Shown: in pieces, positions 39,386-48,357 of the stretch
Numbering within the stretch: the stretch's first letter is position 1
Layout of the letters: each line of letters starts with the position of its first letter
Origin: Bacteroidota bacterium
GTDB lineage: Bacteria; Bacteroidota; Ignavibacteria; UBA10030
DNA length: 64,000 bases
Reading direction: 5' to 3'
NCBI GenBank assembly: GCA_026416125.1
Contig: JAOAFT010000003.1
Coordinates: 82,022 to 146,021 of the forward strand
The notes under the pieces: generated by a model
Told to the model about the DNA's origin: nothing
Seen by the model: the letters and a program-made list of their open reading frames with translations, nothing else
Databases searched by the model: none
Program-made: the position numbers and the translations under genes

Positions 39386-40930
39386 ATGATAGACAATGGT
39401 AACAAAATTCCATCGATATATCGAATGTTATGTGTAGTGTTTTTCGCAAGTATGTTCTTAGCTAGTGACGTTCAAAAAACAAAGTTTAGAATATTTCTTA
39501 TGGGTGATTCAACAATGGCAGATAAACCACTTGTTGACAACCCAGAGCATGGGTGGGGACAGATGTTTCCCATGTTCTTTACCAGAGATGTTGAAATATT
39601 TAACCATGCACGTAATGGTCGTAGCACAAAGAGTTTCTTGGCTGAAGGTCGTTGGAAAACAATTTACGAGCAATTGCAAAGTGGTGATTATGTAATTATT
39701 CAATTTGGGCACAATGATGCAAAAAAAGATGATTCAACACGGTTCGCCGCTCCACGGCCTGAGTACAAAGAAAATCTTCGCCGATTTATTCGTGAAGCGC
39801 GTGAAAAGAATGCAATTCCAATTCTCCTTACACCAGTTACACGACGAGATTTTAATGAGCATGGTGAATTTGTAGCAACACACTTCGAGTATCCTGATGC
39901 AATGAAGGAAGTTGCTCGAGAAGAGAATGTGTTTCTCATTGATGTTTTTGAACTCTCAAAATCAGTTGTAGGTCCAATGGGGCCTGAAGGCTCGAAGAAG
40001 TTGTACTTAGCTGGTGTCAAAGATGGTATGTATCGTGTGTGGAATAAAAAGAAAGATAATACCCATTTCTCGCGTTTAGGTGCTTTTATAATAGCAAAGC
40101 TTGTTGCGGAAGGTATTCGTGAATTGAAACTTCCACTTGCAACCGAGCTTGTTGATCTACCACAAAGCTCTCTGCTATTGCCAGCCTACGGTAAAGTTGT
40201 TGCTCTCGATTATTATTTCAATAATGAGTGGCGTACTTCGAAGGGAAAAGATTCTGTTGAACGTTTTCACTATACTTGGGAAGACACAACGAACAGCGGG
40301 TTTTCACAACTCGGGAGAGTGCTCGACTGGCTAGGCGCAGATCTCGATACTATCCAATCACCTCCAACAATATCAACGCTCCAACATTGCAGTATTTACA
40401 TCATTGTTGACCCAGATACTCCAAAAGAAACAACAAGTCCACATTACATTACAGAAGAAGATGTTACTGTACTTAAACAATGGGTTGAAAATGGAGGTGT
40501 GTTATTATTGATGGCAAACGATAAAGGGAATTGTGAATTTAACCACTTTAACAAACTTGCAGAACAGTTTGGTATTCGTTTTACAGAAGACAATCACTTT
40601 ATGGTTAAAAATAACGTCTATGAAATGGGCAGAATAGAGGAATTCCCAGACCATCCTGCTTTTAATGGGGTGAAGCATATTTTTATGAAGGAAGTAACTT
40701 CAATTACGACAACTCCACCTGCACAGCCACTCCTTACTGCTCGTGGAGTTACGATTATGGCGTACGCTCGCGTTGGAAAAGGTTTAGTTGTAGCTGTCGG
40801 TGATCCATGGTTATATAATGAATACTTTGATAACAGACGTTTACCTAAGGGATATGAAAATTGGGATGCGGGGAAACAATTCTTTACATGGCTACTGAGT
40901 CAATCACGGCAGATATACTTTGAGAATTAG
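39386..40930 (+). CDS. SGNH/GDSL hydrolase (CE12 rhamnogalacturonan acetylesterase-like) fused to a C-terminal roughly 280-aa GATase1-like/DUF4350-like domain
   Basis: GGAGGA at 39371-39376 and ATG at 39386 (the ORF-track start at 39332 lies inside the terminator). SGNH block I FLMGDSTMAD, the GHND block and a DAKKDD region. The C-terminal half (GGVLLLMANDKGN..., VAVGDPW) is unrelated to the esterase domain. Confidence 0.65.
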   Translation: MIDNGNKIPSIYRMLCVVFFASMFLASDVQKTKFRIFLMGDSTMADKPLVDNPEHGWGQMFPMFFTRDVEIFNHARNGRSTKSFLAEGRWKTIYEQLQSGDYVIIQFGHNDAKKDDSTRFAAPRPEYKENLRRFIREAREKNAIPILLTPVTRRDFNEHGEFVATHFEYPDAMKEVAREENVFLIDVFELSKSVVGPMGPEGSKKLYLAGVKDGMYRVWNKKKDNTHFSRLGAFIIAKLVAEGIRELKLPLATELVDLPQSSLLLPAYGKVVALDYYFNNEWRTSKGKDSVERFHYTWEDTTNSGFSQLGRVLDWLGADLDTIQSPPTISTLQHCSIYIIVDPDTPKETTSPHYITEEDVTVLKQWVENGGVLLLMANDKGNCEFNHFNKLAEQFGIRFTEDNHFMVKNNVYEMGRIEEFPDHPAFNGVKHIFMKEVTSITTTPPAQPLLTARGVTIMAYARVGKGLVVAVGDPWLYNEYFDNRRLPKGYENWDAGKQFFTWLLSQSRQIYFEN

Positions 40931-40972
40931 TACAGTTCGAATTTTAGATTGTTAATGATGAGGATGCATAAA

Positions 40973-42625
40973 ATGAAACAAAAGGTTGTTGATGGATTTT
41001 TTATTGTTGCGTTGTTGAGTTCAATGGCTTTTTCACAGCTTCACAGAATATACGAACCAATTCCACATCGATACTATGAGGGTGTTCACTTTGCTATGCC
41101 ACAAGTTCCGCTCCCAACAATTCCAAATGTAAGTGTGTCAATAGTTGAATTTGGTGCGAAAGGAGATGGAGTAACACTTAACACGAAAGCTTTTGCCGAT
41201 GCTATTGCTGCATGTGAACAAAAAGGGGGGGGGAGAATTGTAGTGCCACCAGGTATTTGGGTTACAGGACCTATTGTTCTCAAAAGTAACATTGAGTTGC
41301 ATGTTGTACGTGGTGCAATTGTGTTGTTTTCCTCCAACATTGATGATTACCCAATGATCCAACGTCCGAAGAGTACAGCGTTTACAAGATCACCTCTTCT
41401 GTATGCTGTTGGCGCGCACAATATTGCAATTACAGGAGAAGGGATGTTTAATGGAAATGGCCAGTACTGGCGCCCTGTCAAAAAGGAAAAACTTCCAAGT
41501 GGTCATTGGAAACGCCTTATTGAGTCTGGCGGAGCTGTTACGTCGGATGGAAAATTATGGTACCCATCGAAGGAAGCACTGGAGGGTGAGAAGTATTTGG
41601 ATGAGCTTCGTAAATCAAAGAAAAGACTTGATTCCACTGATTATGCTGCAACGCGGGAATTCTTGCGCCCCGATTTGTTAGCGTTTGTTAATTGTTCAAC
41701 CATCCTTATTGATGGTCCATCTTTTGTTAACTCGCCGAAATTTACTGTCCATCCAATTCAATGCGTGGATGTGGTCATTCGTAATATTGAAATTTTCAAT
41801 GAGTGGTGGTTCCAAAATGCAGATGGTATTGATTTGTCATCTTGCAGAAACGTTGTTGTCTACAATAATGTTATTAATACAGGTGATGATGGAATTTGTG
41901 TAAAACCTGGTACACCAAACCCAAAGTTGAAAGATTTACCTGCGTGTGAAAATTATATTATCGCTGATAATATTGTGTATCACGCACATGGTGGTTTTGT
42001 GATTGGAAGTGAATCGTATGGAGGAGCAAGAAATATAAGTGTAAAAAACCTTACCTGCGTATGGACGGATGTAGGGCTTCGGTTTAAGTCGGCTCGTGAC
42101 CGTGGAGGTCTTGTTGAACATATTGTGATCGATAGTGTATGGATGAAAGATATTGCAGGCGAGGCGATCCTTTTTGATATGTCCTACGGAGATGCGCCTA
42201 CGGATGTTCCACAAGAACGAATTAGAATCCCTCAATTCAGAAATTTCACGATTCGAAATGTTGTTTGTGATGGAGCACGATACGGTGTGAGAATTGAAGG
42301 GTTACGTGAACAACCGATTCACACTATTTCAATTGAAAATGCTACTTTACTTTCTGATCGATCTGTCCTTATGAATTATGCTGAAGGAATACAATTGAAT
42401 CGAGTTGCTCTACGTTCGAAATATGAGCCATACTGTACGATTAAGAATAGTCAACAAATTGTTTTCGATAATGTTAATCTTCTAGATTCCGTAAGCATTT
42501 TCTTACGTGTTGAAGGTAGTACAACAAAAAACATTAGAGTACACAAATCAGTGCTTGAGCGTAGTCAAAAACCATTTGAGACATCGAATGGTGCAAGTGA
42601 AAGCTCAGTAGTATTCATACACTGA
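40973..42625 (+). CDS. Glycoside hydrolase family 28 (polygalacturonase/rhamnogalacturonase-like)
   Basis: AGGA RBS and ATG at 40973 (MKQKVVDGFFIVALLSSMAFSQ). GH28 motifs NADGIDLSSC, GDDGICVKPG, HGGFVIGSE, RFK. Contains a G9 homopolymer at 41225-41233. Confidence 0.8.
   Translation: MKQKVVDGFFIVALLSSMAFSQLHRIYEPIPHRYYEGVHFAMPQVPLPTIPNVSVSIVEFGAKGDGVTLNTKAFADAIAACEQKGGGRIVVPPGIWVTGPIVLKSNIELHVVRGAIVLFSSNIDDYPMIQRPKSTAFTRSPLLYAVGAHNIAITGEGMFNGNGQYWRPVKKEKLPSGHWKRLIESGGAVTSDGKLWYPSKEALEGEKYLDELRKSKKRLDSTDYAATREFLRPDLLAFVNCSTILIDGPSFVNSPKFTVHPIQCVDVVIRNIEIFNEWWFQNADGIDLSSCRNVVVYNNVINTGDDGICVKPGTPNPKLKDLPACENYIIADNIVYHAHGGFVIGSESYGGARNISVKNLTCVWTDVGLRFKSARDRGGLVEHIVIDSVWMKDIAGEAILFDMSYGDAPTDVPQERIRIPQFRNFTIRNVVCDGARYGVRIEGLREQPIHTISIENATLLSDRSVLMNYAEGIQLNRVALRSKYEPYCTIKNSQQIVFDNVNLLDSVSIFLRVEGSTTKNIRVHKSVLERSQKPFETSNGASESSVVFIH
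41225..41233 (+). repeat. Homopolymeric G9 tract inside the GH28 coding sequence
   Basis: Read directly: caaaagggggggggagaatt, encoding KGGGR. Confidence 0.9.
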
Positions 42626-42690
42626 GGAACCAGGAGTAGCACTCGAAGAAAATATTCATACTTGGGGTGGAGAAAGGAAAAAGATTTTTG

Positions 42691-43986
42691 ATGGTTGGTA
42701 GAAGTATTTTATTCTCGTTAGTTTTTATAAGTATTGGTGTTTTGAATAGTTTTGATATATTCGCGCAAAGACGCTTCGAGTACATTGTTGCAAAGGATGG
42801 GAGTGGTCAATTTCGCTCGATTCAGGAGGCGATTGATGCAGTTCCATTTAATCGACAGGAGCGAGCCGTTATTATTGTAAAGAAAGGTGTTTACGAAGAA
42901 AAACTTTTTATAGCTAAGAGTAACATTGCTATTGTTGGAGAAGATCGCGATAGTACGCGTATTGTGTATCCACAGCTTCGTAGTACATGGCGTGCTGTAA
43001 ATAACGATAATGACTATGGAAGTGCAGTTGTAAACATTGATTCCTCTGCAGTCGATATTACGATTGCTAACTTGACGATTTATAATAATTATGGTTCGCT
43101 CACAGGGATCCATGATCATCAATTTGCAATTTATGGTACAGGAACTCGTATTATTCTTCTTAACTGCAATGTCGTTGCAGATGGTGGCGATACCGTAAGT
43201 TTGTGGAACCGGACGAATGGAATGTACTATCATGCGAACTGTTACTTCGAAGGTTGGGTTGATTATGTATGTCCTCGTGGGTGGTGCTATATTACAGATT
43301 CTCGGTTCTATGGCCATAATCTAAGTGCTTCAATTTGGCACGATGGTAGTGCTAATAAAAAACAAAAATTTGTTATTCGATACTCATACTTCGATGGTGT
43401 ACCAGGATTTCCCCTTGGACGAAACCATCGCGATGGACAAATCTATCTCCTTGATTGTATTTTTTCAAGAAACATGGCTGATATACCGATTTACTACCCA
43501 CCGACAACAACTAGTGGGCCATGGAAGTGGGGAGCGCGGCATTACTATTACAATTGCCATCGTGAAGGTGGAGACTACGATTGGTTTGCTGATAATTTAC
43601 ATACCGCCGAAGGTGCACCAAAACCAGATGAAGTCACTGCACATTGGACATTCGATTACCTGTGGGATCCTGAAGCATCGCTTCCTGCAATTCTCCCATT
43701 TGTGTCAATGCCAGTGCCCCGCAATGGCGCCTATATAGCATATCAGTCTCGTCTTTCATTGCGATGGCTACCATCTCGAACAGCACAAGCATTTCGTCTA
43801 TTTTTTGGGAAAGTGAAGAAGTATACATTCATGAAAGATCCACAATTGAGTATGATTGCAGAAGTAAAAGAAGCCCAGTTTGAAATATCTTCTCTTGAAC
43901 CAGCAACAACGTACTTTTGGCAAGTCGAAGAAATAACACCATATGGAATTCTCCGTGGACCTGTGTGGCACTTCACAGTACGGTAA
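42691..43986 (+). CDS. Pectinesterase (CE8 pectin methylesterase) with C-terminal FN3/Ig-like domain
   Basis: CE8-type motifs (GVYEEKL, DHQFAIYGTG in the QAVAL position, GGDTVSLWN in the QDTL position, GWVDYVCPRG in the DFIFG position, LGRNHRDGQ in the LGRPW position). ATG at 42691 is preferred over GTG 42667. Confidence 0.75.
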   Translation: MVGRSILFSLVFISIGVLNSFDIFAQRRFEYIVAKDGSGQFRSIQEAIDAVPFNRQERAVIIVKKGVYEEKLFIAKSNIAIVGEDRDSTRIVYPQLRSTWRAVNNDNDYGSAVVNIDSSAVDITIANLTIYNNYGSLTGIHDHQFAIYGTGTRIILLNCNVVADGGDTVSLWNRTNGMYYHANCYFEGWVDYVCPRGWCYITDSRFYGHNLSASIWHDGSANKKQKFVIRYSYFDGVPGFPLGRNHRDGQIYLLDCIFSRNMADIPIYYPPTTTSGPWKWGARHYYYNCHREGGDYDWFADNLHTAEGAPKPDEVTAHWTFDYLWDPEASLPAILPFVSMPVPRNGAYIAYQSRLSLRWLPSRTAQAFRLFFGKVKKYTFMKDPQLSMIAEVKEAQFEISSLEPATTYFWQVEEITPYGILRGPVWHFTVR

Positions 43987-44039
43987 GTAACCTCCATGTA
44001 TATTCTTTTTGCGTGTGTAATAATTGATGGGAGTAATCT

Positions 44040-45665
44040 ATGAAATGGGAAATTGTTATTAGTATTTTTTTGATTTTGGGTTCATCTATCATACAGGCAC
44101 AGCAACTTGCCTTTCCTTCTGCCGAAGGCGCTGGGCGTTTTGCTACTGGTGGACGTGGTGGTGCTGTGTACGAAGTAACGAATCTGAATAATAGTGGACC
44201 TGGTTCGATTGTCGATGCTGTAAGTCAACCAAATCGTACGATTGTTTTTCGTGTCTCTGGTACAATTGAGTTGGGAAATGTGATTTTAAAACCAAAATCG
44301 AATATAACGATTGCGGGACAAACCGCACCAGGGGATGGGATTTGTATTAAAGGGCGTATCCAAATTGATGCATCGAATGTTATTATTCGATACATACGTG
44401 TTCGTGTAGATGCTGGTGCTGCAAATTCATCGGGCGATGCAATTGATATCTCAAGTGGTTCGAACATTATAATTGATCACGTCAGTGCATCGTATGCCCG
44501 CGATGAAGGAATCTCTTGCCAAGAGAGAACAAACAATGTGACAGTTCAGTGGTGTATGATTACCGAGGCACTAACGTTCGAAAGTCATAGCTACGGTTCG
44601 TTGATTCGCGGTGATTATGGTGATTTGAAGACGTACCACCACAATCTCTATGCACACAACAACAATCGACTCCCACGTCCGGGTAACTATACCAATTACC
44701 CTACCGACACACTTGGTCTGTTTTTCGATTTCAGGAATAATGTAGTGTACAATTGGAAAGGTTCATATCCTGGCTACAATGCTGATACTGGTTCCATTAG
44801 CAACTACAATTTTGTAGGAAATGTGTATGTTCCTGGACTTGAGTCGAGTATTACAGGGATTATTTTTAAAGAGGATGCATATCGGTCAACAGGGTATTTC
44901 GCTGACAACATGTACAACGGCTCAATACCACCCAATCAGTGGTCGATGGTTCAATTCGGAAGCAAGTTTACTGCTGAGAGAATTCAGGCATATAAAGCAC
45001 GTTCTCGAGAAATTCTAATGCCTCCTGTTCGTACGACGAGCCCTCAGATTGCATACCAGGAAGTACTTGCTTCTGCTGGTGCAAGCTTTCCAAAGCGGGA
45101 TCCAATTGATACCCGAATTGTATACGATGTACAAAATAAAACAGGTCGTTCAATCGCTACGACTGCAGAACAACCAGAAGGTGGATGGCCAGTGTTACAG
45201 AGTCTTCCAGCTCCGCAAGACGATGATCACGACGGAATGCCAAATGAGTGGGAACGTGCATTTGGGCTTAATCCGAATGATCCAAGTGATCGTAATGTAT
45301 ATTCACCAGCAGGGTACACAATGCTTGAAGAGTACCTCAATAGTCTCGTTGGTGAAAGCACTATCACCGATGTCGCGTTCACTCAAACTCCAAATATACC
45401 GCTGGAAGTACGTCTGTTCCAGAATTTTCCCAATCCATTCAATCCCGTAACGGTAATTCAATTTCAACTTCAAATGGCCTCCGTTGTCTCGGTAAAGGTC
45501 TATTCAGTCCAAGGTAAAGAAATACAAACACTTACTCATGGGGTATATCCCACGGGGTTGCATTCAGTTGTGTTCGATGGATCCAATCTACCTAGCGGTG
45601 TTTATGTATATCGGTTGCACACTGCTACCCAAACACTTTCGAAAACAATGGTTTTATTGAAGTAA
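44040..45665 (+). CDS. Pectate lyase (PL1-like) with T9SS type-A C-terminal sorting domain
   Basis: Signal peptide. Pectate-lyase N-terminal block AFPSAEGAGRFATGGRGGAVYEVTNL...ITIAGQTAPGDGICIKG...IIRYIRVR. The C-terminus NFPNPFNPVTVIQF...GVYVYRL...VLLK matches the Por_Secre_tail. Confidence 0.75.
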   Translation: MKWEIVISIFLILGSSIIQAQQLAFPSAEGAGRFATGGRGGAVYEVTNLNNSGPGSIVDAVSQPNRTIVFRVSGTIELGNVILKPKSNITIAGQTAPGDGICIKGRIQIDASNVIIRYIRVRVDAGAANSSGDAIDISSGSNIIIDHVSASYARDEGISCQERTNNVTVQWCMITEALTFESHSYGSLIRGDYGDLKTYHHNLYAHNNNRLPRPGNYTNYPTDTLGLFFDFRNNVVYNWKGSYPGYNADTGSISNYNFVGNVYVPGLESSITGIIFKEDAYRSTGYFADNMYNGSIPPNQWSMVQFGSKFTAERIQAYKARSREILMPPVRTTSPQIAYQEVLASAGASFPKRDPIDTRIVYDVQNKTGRSIATTAEQPEGGWPVLQSLPAPQDDDHDGMPNEWERAFGLNPNDPSDRNVYSPAGYTMLEEYLNSLVGESTITDVAFTQTPNIPLEVRLFQNFPNPFNPVTVIQFQLQMASVVSVKVYSVQGKEIQTLTHGVYPTGLHSVVFDGSNLPSGVYVYRLHTATQTLSKTMVLLK

Positions 45666-45675
45666 GGAGTTAAAT

Positions 45676-48078
45676 ATGAAATGCACGATTCGCTTTGCTA
45701 TGTTTGTGATTATAACTTCATCGGTTGTGAGTGGACAAAATTTTTCAGTAACGTGGCCGCTATCATCGAACAATCTTCCTGTTGTACAAGGATACGCAAC
45801 TGGTGATAGTGTTGTGCGTCGGAACTTAGTTGTACGGAGTTATACGACAACAGCAACGTATGGTGTATATCAGAAAAATGGACCAGATGCAGCGGGAAAT
45901 TGGGTTGCAGAAACTGCAGAAAATCCAAATCGGTACCTTGCTTTTCCTGTAGCACCGCAGGAAGGGTATTCATTGACAGTCTCGACAATTTCATTTCGGA
46001 TGGGATGGTCTGGAACAACAAACAATATGAAAGCAAATATCTACTACGCAATTGATTCGAGCAATAATTTCAGTTCAAAGACATTAGTAGAATCAAACAT
46101 TGTTCTGGCAAATAGTGATGGTACACTGTACACATACACACTGAATAAGACTATTCAATCAGGTGGTCGCTTTTACCTTCTCATCTATCCATGGTGCACG
46201 ATTACTACGACAGCAAAATCAGTTGGTTTGCAGAATGTGACTATTGTTGGTACCGCAACAGCTAGTGGTGCAGGAACAATTCTTGTTTCACAACACACGG
46301 TTTCATTTGGTTCAATGAATGTAGGTAAGCAACGAATAAAATCAGTTTCCGTAAGTGGCTTAAACTTGCAACCGCCTTCTGGTACAATTACAGCGGCGGT
46401 GAGTGGCGAGTTCGATTTAGCATTGTCATGGGGGGGGCCATTTTACTCAACTGTAGAAATTCCCTATACAAATGGTGCACTCCAACCAACAACGCTATTA
46501 ATTCGTTTTGCTCCATCGAGTATAGGAGTAAAGAGCAATACTATTACATTGAATGGTGGAAGCGCAGGTGAAGTTCGAATTTCACTCAGTGGTACTGCAG
46601 TTCCTGCTGATAGTGTTCTTGGAATTTTCGTAGCTACCACAGGGAACGACTCGTGGATAGGATCATACAATTATCCGTTTGCATCGATTTCAAAAGCGGT
46701 CTCTGTTGCACAACCAGGAGATACAATATATATCCGTGGAGGTACGTACCCCATGACGTCTACAGTAGTACTTTCAAAGAACGGTACAGCAGAAAATCGC
46801 TATTCGCTTGTACAGTATCCAGGGGATGAAATGCGCCCGGTGTTGGATTTTTCGACAATGTCTTCAGGATATGGAATTCAGCTTTCTGGTTCGTATTGGT
46901 ACATCCGCGGTATTGACATCAAAGGGGCAGCGAGTAATGGTATGAGAATTACTGGACATTATAATATAGTGGAATTTTGTTCTTTCTATGAAAACAGGGA
47001 ATCGGGACTCCAGATCAGTACTGGTGGTTCTTATAACAGAATAATCAATTGCGACTCATATTACAACGTTGATGCTACTCAGGAAAATGCAGATGGTTTT
47101 GCACCGAAACTCGATGTTGGTACTGGAAATTATTTTTATGGTTGTCGTGCGTGGCAAAACTCAGATGATGGCTGGGATGGCTATTTACGTCCTGCCGACG
47201 GTGTTGTTACAACGATTGAAAATTGTTGGAGCTTTCGAAATGGTTACTTAAAAAATGGTACATTGAGCTCAGGCAATGGGAATGGATTTAAACTTGGTGG
47301 AGGTGATAATTCAAACGCAGATAGTTTGAGACATATTATGCACGTTCGGCATTGTCTCGCATTTGACAACAAAGCTAAAGGATTCGACCAAAACAACAAC
47401 AGAGGATCTATGACGTTATATAATTGCTCCGCATACCGAAATGGTGGATATAACTATAGTTTACCAGGTCCTTTGAAGTATGGTGAAACAATAACTATTA
47501 AAAATTCACTTGTGCTAGGGAATTACGGCAAAATTTGGGCTTCAGCAATCCAACAGAAAAATAGTTGGTTAGCTCCATTCACTGGTGCAACAATTTCAGA
47601 TTTTGTTAGTGTCGATACCATTGGGATGCGTGGACCACGTAAACCAGATGGGAGTTTGCCAGAACTACCCTTTATGCGGTTAGTACCAACAAGTCAATTT
47701 GTTGATGCTGGTGTTGAAGTAGGACTACCATATGTCGGGCTAGCACCTGACATAGGATGTTTTGAGTATGGACTTATAAACAATGTTTATTCAACACCAG
47801 CGAATATTCCTACACAACTTATTCTTGAACAAAATTTTCCCAATCCATTCAACCCTGTAACAACAATACGATTTGCTGTCGAGCAACCAGGGTTGACTAC
47901 GCTTCGGGTGTACGATCTCTTAGGACGTGAAGTTGCAATACTCGTGAATGAACCCATCAATGCTGGGGTATACTATTCTATTACTTTTGATGCGTCTCAA
48001 CTTTCATCGGGAATCTACTTCTATAGGCTAGAGAATAATGGGAAATCGATTGTTCGAAAATGTGCAGTAGTAAAGTAA
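45676..48078 (+). CDS. Right-handed beta-helix (pectin-lyase-fold) protein, probable polysaccharide lyase (PL9-like), with a roughly 300-aa N-terminal unknown domain and T9SS type-A CTD
   Basis: Beta-helix block with ADGFAPKLDVGTGNYFYGCRAWQNSDDGWDGY and GNGNGFKLGGGD motifs. C-terminus NFPNPFNPVTTIRF...GIYFYRL...VVK is a T9SS CTD. Contains a G8 homopolymer at 46430-46437. Confidence 0.6.
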   Translation: MKCTIRFAMFVIITSSVVSGQNFSVTWPLSSNNLPVVQGYATGDSVVRRNLVVRSYTTTATYGVYQKNGPDAAGNWVAETAENPNRYLAFPVAPQEGYSLTVSTISFRMGWSGTTNNMKANIYYAIDSSNNFSSKTLVESNIVLANSDGTLYTYTLNKTIQSGGRFYLLIYPWCTITTTAKSVGLQNVTIVGTATASGAGTILVSQHTVSFGSMNVGKQRIKSVSVSGLNLQPPSGTITAAVSGEFDLALSWGGPFYSTVEIPYTNGALQPTTLLIRFAPSSIGVKSNTITLNGGSAGEVRISLSGTAVPADSVLGIFVATTGNDSWIGSYNYPFASISKAVSVAQPGDTIYIRGGTYPMTSTVVLSKNGTAENRYSLVQYPGDEMRPVLDFSTMSSGYGIQLSGSYWYIRGIDIKGAASNGMRITGHYNIVEFCSFYENRESGLQISTGGSYNRIINCDSYYNVDATQENADGFAPKLDVGTGNYFYGCRAWQNSDDGWDGYLRPADGVVTTIENCWSFRNGYLKNGTLSSGNGNGFKLGGGDNSNADSLRHIMHVRHCLAFDNKAKGFDQNNNRGSMTLYNCSAYRNGGYNYSLPGPLKYGETITIKNSLVLGNYGKIWASAIQQKNSWLAPFTGATISDFVSVDTIGMRGPRKPDGSLPELPFMRLVPTSQFVDAGVEVGLPYVGLAPDIGCFEYGLINNVYSTPANIPTQLILEQNFPNPFNPVTTIRFAVEQPGLTTLRVYDLLGREVAILVNEPINAGVYYSITFDASQLSSGIYFYRLENNGKSIVRKCAVVK
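46430..46437 (+). repeat. Homopolymeric G8 tract inside the beta-helix lyase coding sequence
   Basis: Read directly: tcatggggggggcca, encoding SWGGP. Confidence 0.9.
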
Positions 48079-48357
48079 TTATGGAAAAAGATCCATGACA
48101 CAGTGTTTATTGAGAATGTTACTATAGTAGTTTCTTCGTTGTCTTTACAAGGCATGTGGTTCGACAGTGAAATGTGTTGCTAGTTGCTATATTAATAGGG
48201 AAGTTTTTATGGAAACCACAGAAGATGATTTTCCATTGTTACTATTCATTTAGGTAGTTGTCAAGAAGTGTGGAAGTGGTTCTTTTTAAGTAAAATTTGA
48301 GAGTGATAAAAGTACATTGAATGTGTACAAGGGGGTAGACGGAACGATGGTTTTTTA

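Noticed and set aside
42718-43317. 199-aa ORF on the - strand inside the pectinesterase gene
   Set aside because: Antisense to a gene with clear CE8 motifs. Asn/Ile-rich low-complexity product.
48150-48170. tRNA-like T-arm fragment (gtggttcgaca)
   Set aside because: No acceptor stem, D-arm or anticodon arm can be drawn around it. No tRNA or rRNA genes are recognisable anywhere in the window.
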